From Amoebidium appalachense (Eukaryota > Protista > Ichthyosporea): a DNA stretch of 5,191 nucleotides. How positions within the stretch are numbered: the stretch's first letter is position 1; the number at the start of each line of letters is the position of its first letter. Below the pieces are notes generated by a model. That model was given only the letters and a program-made list of their open reading frames with translations. It was not told the origin of the DNA and ran no database searches. This document shows positions 1 to 5,191 of this stretch, piece by piece. The stretch spans positions 1-5,191 of the forward strand of contig CAVNZM010000126.1 in the NCBI GenBank assembly GCA_963693365.1. Reading direction: 5' to 3'. Position numbers and translations under genes: made by a program.

Positions 1-134
1 TTATTCTCCACCATCCGTCGTTTATTTATATTCATATCCCACCATATATATTGGTTTTCTTCTATATTCGACTTATATATATGTCGAACTGGGATGGCGT
101 CCCAGTATAAATAATTATCTATAGCCATGACGTG

Positions 135-243
135 CTGGTTGACTGCCAGTCTAAACCTAGTCCACGGGATGCACCTTCCCCGTGTCTTAACTGGTTGACC
201 ACCAGTCTATAAATCAGTCCACAAGATGTTCATGTCTTGTGTT
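135..243 (+). repeat. Diverged tandem duplication, 56-bp period
   Basis: CTGGTTGACTGCCAGTCTAAACCTAGTCCACGGGATG at 135 matches CTGGTTGACCACCAGTCTATAAATCAGTCCACAAGATG at 191. Confidence 0.85.
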
Positions 244-539
244 TACCTGGGTGGTCCCCAGTATAAACCATTAGCCACCAACACGTCACACATACACTAG
301 TGTTTCCTATCTATATATATATATCGCCGATAACCACCATGATTTCTTATTTCGAGTCTTCAGAGGCAACCGTCGTTGTGTGCCTCTTCAGTTTTGATTC
401 TCTCCTTCCCACCTCAAGGATCTTCGGTTTGCATCCTCGAGTGGGGAAACTTGAGTGTGACGGCCCCTCCTGTGTTTGGACCCCATCTACCGTCACATCA
501 ACAGACACGAGAACACAAACTTCAACCCCTTGAGTGGGG
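192..539 (+). repeat. Direct repeat copy 1 (~350 bp, hairpin-rich)
   Basis: Aligns co-linearly with 4817-5191. Shared blocks include TGGTTGACCACCAG, AGTCCACAAGA, CCCCAGTATAAA, CATTAGCCACCAACACGTCACACATACACTAGTGTTT, GAGGCAACCGTCGTTGTGTGC, CTCGAGTGGGGAAACTTGA, GTCACATCAACA and TTGAGTGGGG. Confidence 0.95.
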
Positions 540-633
540 ATGTTGGAATACGTCACCATGTATGACAGCAAGAGCCTTGAAGTATGTATGTGTCCTAGCT
601 TGTTTGTATTCGTGTCTGCTTTCCTCCTTTGTG

Positions 634-654
634 CTCTCTCTCTCTCCCTCTCTC

Positions 655-718
<64 letters not shown>

Positions 719-756
719 CCCCCCCCCCCCCCCCCCCCCCCCCGTATCTCTCTCTC
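634..756. repeat. (CT)n microsatellite followed by poly-C
   Basis: CT repeats at about 634-715, a C run at 716-743 and a short CT tail. Confidence 0.97.
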
Positions 757-1476
757 CCTTGTTTCTGTGGGCACAGATATCTGTAGATCTGTGCACACCT
801 GGCTCTCTTGCCTGATAAGAACTTATTGTGTTTTATTTCTATTTGCTCTCCTCTGTTTATCTGAGAGGTAGCGTGATTGGCTAGCCTCACTCGTTGTCTT
901 TCCTTTATTTCAAAATGGCCTAGTTTGTTCTCAAAAGGATGGCTCGCCAATAGTCGCGAGCGAGTACATCTGTAGATTGTGTTGTGCATTCCTGTCTGTT
1001 AATATATGTGTGTTGTGATTGGACAATAGATATATATGGAATTCGGTTTATTGCAAAGTGTCTTCACTTTGAGAGTGTCGACTGTTAGGAAATATATGTA
1101 TTTAAATAAGTTTCTTTATAGAGACGAACATAAATATATATGTGAGTTAATAGTGACTAGATGTATAATTACTTAATTTATTTAAGTAAGAGTTTCTACA
1201 CTTTAGTTTAATCGGAAGTTGGAATGCATACGCTCTGTCGGAATGTGTTTTTCTATCTTCTGATAGAACCGATTGGTTCTCCCTCTTTAGTTGTGATAAG
1301 GTGATGAGTCGCAAGTACAAAAGGAACCGAGAGCACAATAAAGATTCAGTTGTTGTTTGAAATCTTTCAATGTCTCGTGAACAACTCCGATTGCCCTCTC
1401 ATTAATGTGTTAGTCGTGTTTTTACATGACACCTCTGTGCACTCTGCTCCCTTAGACCCGTACAAAACAACACTAC

Positions 1477-1479
<3 letters not shown>

Positions 1480-1516
<37 letters not shown>

Positions 1517-1675
1517 ACACGTGTGTGTGTGTGTGGGGGGGGGGGGCATGCGTGTGTGTGTGCAAATGCGTGCGTGCGTGCGTGCGTGCGTGTGTGCGTG
1601 CGTGCGTGCGTGCTTCCGTGTGTGCGTGGTTGTGTGTGTGTGTGAAGGGGGGGGGGGGGGGGAGGGGGGGGGGGG
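1480..1675. repeat. Compound simple repeat: poly-C, (GT)n, poly-G, (GCGT)n/(GT)n, poly-G
   Basis: C run 1480-1516, GT 1521-1535, G run to 1546, GCGT/GT at about 1550-1644 and a G-rich run at 1647-1675. Confidence 0.97.
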
Positions 1676-1803
1676 AGAACGACTCAAGGTTGTACTTGGC
1701 ACACAAATACATAATAATTTCAATTATTATTATTATTTTCCTATACAGGAAAAGTGGAGCCCTACTGGCCGAATACATACATGCAAGCATTCATTCATAT
1801 TTT

Positions 1804-1805
<2 letters not shown>

Positions 1806-1840
<35 letters not shown>

Positions 1841-1891
1841 TCCCCCCCCCCCCAAAAAAAAAGACAAAAAAAAAAAAAAAAAAAAAAAAAA
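1806..1891. repeat. Poly-C followed by poly-A low-complexity tract
   Basis: C-rich at 1806-1853 and A-rich at 1854-1891. Confidence 0.97.
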
Positions 1892-1935
1892 GCAGAGAAG
1901 GGGGCTTTAGGGAGAGGCAATCGAAAACGAAAATT

Positions 1936-2772
1936 CTACACCATGCTTTTGGTGTGCCCGGGCCCCACCATATCCTTATATAGGGGCTCTTGCATGTTAC
2001 ACAAGAAAGCCACAGCCTTAGCTACCATCCAATGGGTGCCTACCATCGACATCTGCACCTGATTGCTAAACAGCCGATAATTTTTCATGCCCCCAAAAGC
2101 CCTCTCACTGCTCGTCTCCCCCCGCTCCCTCGCTCGTTTCCGTGTTTGCTCAATATCTGAGGCATCCATTCCTACAGCTTGCATATGACTATTGGCCCTT
2201 TCCTCCCTCAATAGCTGTACCTTCTCTCTGTACATCGGGTCTAGTTCCATTCGGATGGGACATGCATCCTTTGTTAATTTCAGTTTTCCATTCTTAGCAG
2301 TAATATCATCATCGGTGAAATGTGCCTCGCATACAACCAGTTGCTTAAGGATAGCCAGTGGCCAGGGGACTTCCACCTTCGGTTGCCCCCGTTTCCTCTT
2401 TGGTTGTGGTTCTTGTGCCGACTGCTCAGCTGGCACAGCCGAGTCATTGGCATTTTCGGATTGTGTGTCAGCTGTGTGTGTCTCAGTAGTGGTTGTGTCT
2501 GTATTTACGTCTGTCCCATCCGAGGCCTTTGGCCTTGTGTCTGTGTGTGTGTCTGGGTCGGGGGGTGCTTGCTTTGTGTGCTCTGCTATTTGTTTCCGCT
2601 CATACTTTGTTTGCTCCTGCCTGCCTATAGCATTTAACCAAGCATGCCTCCTAGCCAATACATTTGGTTTGCATCCATATGGAACAGTAAAAAGCTTTAT
2701 CTTCCTGGTAGGATCTTTGGGAGAGACTGTTTCTTCGTCATTTTTGCAGTAGTTAGCCGCGCAAGTTGGCAT
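1936..2772 (-). CDS. THAP-domain (C2CH zinc finger) DNA-binding protein, 278 aa, with a long insert inside the domain
   Basis: The N-terminus MPTCAANYCKN gives CxxxxC (C4, C9). It is followed by LFTVP (P31), RRHAWLNAIGR (W45), VVCEAHFTDDD (C148, H151, F152) and KLTKDACP (AVP-box equivalent). All THAP signature residues are in order at the N-terminus. A charged, probably helical segment follows (YREKVQLLREER..IEQTRKRARER). The ATG context cacaATG has A at -3. The 3' end is less certain because splicing cannot be excluded. Confidence 0.88.
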   Translation of the reverse strand: MPTCAANYCKNDEETVSPKDPTRKIKLFTVPYGCKPNVLARRHAWLNAIGRQEQTKYERKQIAEHTKQAPPDPDTHTDTRPKASDGTDVNTDTTTTETHTADTQSENANDSAVPAEQSAQEPQPKRKRGQPKVEVPWPLAILKQLVVCEAHFTDDDITAKNGKLKLTKDACPIRMELDPMYREKVQLLREERANSHMQAVGMDASDIEQTRKRARERGETSSERAFGGMKNYRLFSNQVQMSMVGTHWMVAKAVAFLCNMQEPLYKDMVGPGHTKSMV

Positions 2773-2899
2773 TGTGAGTGCCTAACATATATAGGTAGAA
2801 AACAACCCGCCTTCATGAAAAATGTGCAGCGCAGTTTTGTCCGGACACGTGTGTGGCATGCCGTGTGTACATGGTATAGCTCGGCCACACGATCTTAGG

Positions 2900-3055
2900 T
2901 GCCCAATAGGCAGATCAAGCCCACTCAATCCAGATAGATATCGATCTGAGCGGCGCCAGAAAGTATTCTAGCCGCGCGATCCCGTATCCCTTAATACGTA
3001 ATATTACGTAACATTCAATTTCGCTTGATTTCATTGGCTCATAAGTTACGCAAAG
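2900..3055 (-). promoter_or_regulatory. Putative promoter region of the THAP gene
   Basis: A CpG-containing intergenic stretch with CCAAT at 2903, ATTGG at 3033, the perfect 16-bp palindrome TACGTAATATTACGTA at 2995-3010, and bZIP-type TTACGTAA (3004) and TTACGCAA (3046). Confidence 0.4.
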
Positions 3056-3152
3056 TTCAAGTTGGCGCAATCATTTACTCTCTCACTCATGTACGTACTA
3101 AGTCAACTCAGTCGCGGCGGCACACAGTGTTTTTTTTTTTTTTGGGAAGAAG

Positions 3153-3158
3153 TTTATT
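3153..3158 (-). terminator. Polyadenylation signal AATAAA for the 305-aa gene
   Basis: TTTATT on the + strand, 52 nt past the stop codon. It is followed on the minus strand by A14 and a TGTGTG element. Confidence 0.6.
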
Positions 3159-3210
3159 TCGTGGCATCACCCGGAGGTAAAGAGATTCTGAATAAACAGA
3201 CATGTGCCTA

Positions 3211-4128
3211 TTACATCCTGAGCATTTTGGCCTTGTCCTCCCCAGGCATGGGCGTGCCAGCACGCTTAGCCTGCCCCATGTCTACATCACCCCCCTCCCC
3301 CTCACTACCCGCACCATCACTGACCAACTCCATCAGACCGTCTAAATCAAACACCTGAACCTTGCGGGCAACGAGCTTGGTGCGCACAGTGTTGTTTTTC
3401 TTGTTGTAGATGACACTGGTGGCGGCAGCAGACACCCATGCAGTAACCTCACGGCACTTGGCACGCTGGGAGTTCATAAACTCCACAAACTCATCCACAG
3501 AGGCCGCGTTGTTGCCCAGCTTGAAGAGGCAGGGGTTGCGGCCAGTGGGGTTGGGGAGCTCCACCGTCACGTTGAAGTAGGTGTCGCCCAGTGCCCCCTC
3601 CATGTCCGCCTTGCTGACGGGGTTGGCACCCAGCACCTCGTACAGGTTGGGGCTGTGTCTGGACCACAGGCTGCTGCTGGTCTTGACGGCAACGGTGTCC
3701 AGATCAACATCCTTGAGCATCTCGTGGTCCTTGTGCATCCACAGCACGTCCTTGGCCATGCTGCACACGTAGGGCCACAGGCCAACGGCGTAGGCCACCT
3801 CAAAGGGCTCAGGGTGGCGCTGGGACTTGATCTTGATTGTGGTTTTGTCGTAGGCAGACAGGTGGGTGCCCAGTTCAATCAACATCTGCCCGTTGATGTT
3901 GATGTTGGGCAGGTTGTACAGCTGCACCACCAGCACGTCGTTCATGACCCAGGGTGCACCCATGGTGGCCTTGCCCACACCATTGAGGAACACCTCCTTG
4001 TACTGCACCATCTTGGCCCCCTCAACGCTGCTGTTGATGTTTTCTTTGCCACTGCTTGCCGCGGCGATGCTGGTCCTTTTGACGGTGGACAGACCAGTCA
4101 TTTGACGCAGCAGGGTTGGCTTGACCAT
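3211..4128 (-). CDS. Uncharacterised intronless 305-aa protein (speculatively nucleic-acid/ssDNA binding)
   Basis: A 918-bp ORF with strong Kozak context (gcaaaATGG) and obvious G/C bias at third codon positions (AAG, AAC, GTG, CTG, GAC). The composition is globular, with a Gly/acidic then basic C-terminal tail. It has a CCAAT/TATA-like promoter upstream and AATAAA downstream. Confidence refers to it being coding; I do not recognise the family. Confidence 0.85.
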   Translation of the reverse strand: MVKPTLLRQMTGLSTVKRTSIAAASSGKENINSSVEGAKMVQYKEVFLNGVGKATMGAPWVMNDVLVVQLYNLPNININGQMLIELGTHLSAYDKTTIKIKSQRHPEPFEVAYAVGLWPYVCSMAKDVLWMHKDHEMLKDVDLDTVAVKTSSSLWSRHSPNLYEVLGANPVSKADMEGALGDTYFNVTVELPNPTGRNPCLFKLGNNAASVDEFVEFMNSQRAKCREVTAWVSAAATSVIYNKKNNTVRTKLVARKVQVFDLDGLMELVSDGAGSEGEGGDVDMGQAKRAGTPMPGEDKAKMLRM

Positions 4129-4230
4129 TTTGCTGTTGCTTGGGGGGTGTGGTGAACGTTACTGTGGTGTGCACCTCGACTGTGACTGTCTGGCTCATGT
4201 TTGGTTGGTGAGATGTTGCCTGTGTGCGGC

Positions 4231-4471
4231 TGTTTATGTACACGGCGGTAGGATGCAGGGTGCGTTTCTGGCCAATGAGGACCGTAATCCCTGTTCCCTG
4301 TGCCCTCATTGGACACCTAGAACCACATGTGCCTGTCTAGATTCCGATTGGACGCCTTGTGCGGCAATTGGCTTTTTGAGCCGAATTATCATTGGCCGAC
4401 CTGCGCATCCGTAATACCATTGGACGCCTTGTACATGGAATTCAGATTTCGAATTCCCATTGGACGCCTTG
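4231..4471 (-). promoter_or_regulatory. Putative Pol II promoter of the 305-aa gene: TATA-like CATAAA plus seven CCAAT boxes
   Basis: Minus-strand CATAAA at 4233-4238, about 105 bp upstream of the ATG. CCAAT at 4272 (+). ATTGG (CCAAT on the minus strand) at 4308, 4347, 4367, 4391, 4419 and 4459. Confidence 0.65.
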
Positions 4472-4650
4472 CGCAAACCTTCGCATTCCTTTGATCCGCA
4501 CTTGTGTACATGTACGCACCACATGTACGCGTACACGTACGCGTACACGTGTTCCGCCCTCTCTCTCTTTAATTGTTTAATTCTTTAATTAAAACCACGT
4601 GCTCTGCACGTGTTTTACACACACACAGTGTGTGTGCACGTGCTCCTGTA

Positions 4651-4736
4651 CATATATCCACCCATATCACATATATCCCATATCGCGATATGTGTACACA
4701 GATATCACATATCTCATATTCACATATCCCATATCC
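4651..4736 (+). repeat. CATAT(C) iterated short-repeat array
   Basis: CATAT at 4651, 4663, 4670, 4679, 4708, 4715, 4723 and 4730, GATATC at 4701, and the palindrome CATATCGCGATATG at 4679-4692. Confidence 0.85.
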
Positions 4737-4809
4737 TAAGGGGTGCGGATAATGGTCGAGGTGACGTCATCTTTGATGACGTCACGTCGACCATGTGCCG
4801 CGCCCCTTA
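4737..4809. repeat. 73-bp inverted repeat (35-bp arms, TTT loop) containing two CRE octamers
   Basis: TAAGGGGTGCGG-ata-ATGGTCGA-g-GTGACGTCATC-ttt-GATGACGTCAC-g-TCGACCAT-gtg-CCGCGCCCCTTA. TGACGTCA occurs at 4762 and 4777. Confidence 0.95.
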
Positions 4810-4816
4810 TTGTAGT

Positions 4817-5191
4817 TGGTTGACCACCAGAGAGTCTATAAATTAGTCCACAAGAATCTGATGTTCATGCCTTGTGTTTATCTGGGTTGTCCCCAGTATA
4901 AAACATTAGCCACCAACACGTCACACATACACTAGTGTTTTCTTCTATATATATATATCGTCGTTGGCTACCGTCATGTTCCGAGTCTTCCGAGGCAACC
5001 GTCGTTGTGTGCTTCTTCCGTTTTGGTTTTCTTCCCCGGCTTGCCCCTTCAAGTCTTCTCCATTTGTCTTCTCGAGTGGGGAAACTTGACTGTGACGTCA
5101 CGGCACCTGTTTCTACAAGTGTGAGAGTATTGACATCAACAGTCACATCAACAAACTTCACGAGAACGCAACTTCCAACCTTTGAGTGGGG
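4817..5191 (+). repeat. Direct repeat copy 2 (truncated by window end)
   Basis: Same blocks in the same order as 192-539, starting 4625 bp downstream. The 5' half is nearly identical apart from 4- and 6-nt insertions. The 3' half alternates conserved blocks with diverged segments. Confidence 0.95.

Noticed and set aside
88-280. Known ribozyme or riboswitch (hammerhead, pistol, preQ1-I)
   Set aside because: There is no CUGANGA..GAAA core. The topology loosely recalls pistol and preQ1-I, but the loops are only 5 nt and I could not place the conserved catalytic or ligand-binding residues. An Infernal search would be decisive.
347-989. Overlapping ORFs with poly-G/ER/LS/P tracts
   Set aside because: They are open only because they cross the (CT)n and poly-C repeats, and they carry no domain signal.
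1040-1345. AT-rich stretch and 63-aa ORF at 1147-1338
   Set aside because: The ORF is short with a non-ATG start and has no motif or codon bias.
1480-1853. Functional G-quadruplex or C-run/G-run fold-back
   Set aside because: It is formally possible, but such tracts are common in repeat-rich animal genomes and homopolymer lengths are unreliable in assemblies.
1350-2062. Pro/Gly/Lys- and CV/HT-rich ORFs
   Set aside because: These are translation artefacts of homopolymers and GT/GCGT microsatellites.
2192-2898. Plus-strand and alternative-frame ORFs over the THAP gene
   Set aside because: They are antisense or overlapping shadows of a CDS that has a recognisable domain.
3567-4155. Alternative-frame and antisense ORFs over the 305-aa gene
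   Set aside because: They are expected by-products of strong GC3 bias.
4308-4471. CRISPR-like repeat-spacer array
   Set aside because: The repeats are only 13 bp, spacing is irregular, there are no cas genes and the context is eukaryotic. CCAAT boxes explain them better.
192-5191. LTR retrotransposon or autonomous P-element
   Set aside because: No gag, RT, integrase or DDE transposase domain is present. No TG..CA ends, PBS or terminal inverted repeats were recognised, and the repeats are mosaic-diverged.

Overview
This is probably animal (invertebrate-like) genomic DNA, judged from the THAP gene, CCAAT/CRE sites and the (CT)n, (GT)n, (GCGT)n and poly-C tracts. Two intronless minus-strand genes lie in tandem. 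One encodes a THAP C2CH zinc-finger protein with a ~90-aa insert inside the domain (1936-2772). The other encodes a 305-aa protein of unknown family (3211-4128) with a strong start context, a 7-CCAAT promoter and a polyA signal. Both genes sit between two diverged direct copies of a >=350-bp element (192-539 and 4817-5191, the second cut off by the window edge). This repeat consists of short hairpins whose stems are kept by compensatory or G-T changes while insertions fall in loops, and it includes a reiterated pseudoknot-like module. Just before the second copy is an origin-like block: an AT tract, about eight CATAT iterations and a 73-bp near-perfect hairpin with a TTT loop. My inference is a module of an endogenous DNA virus or unclassified mobile element carrying a structured RNA/ssDNA repeat. 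No transposase catalytic domain, reverse transcriptase, integrase or Rep gene is visible, so the class is unresolved. All alignments and pairings were made by eye.
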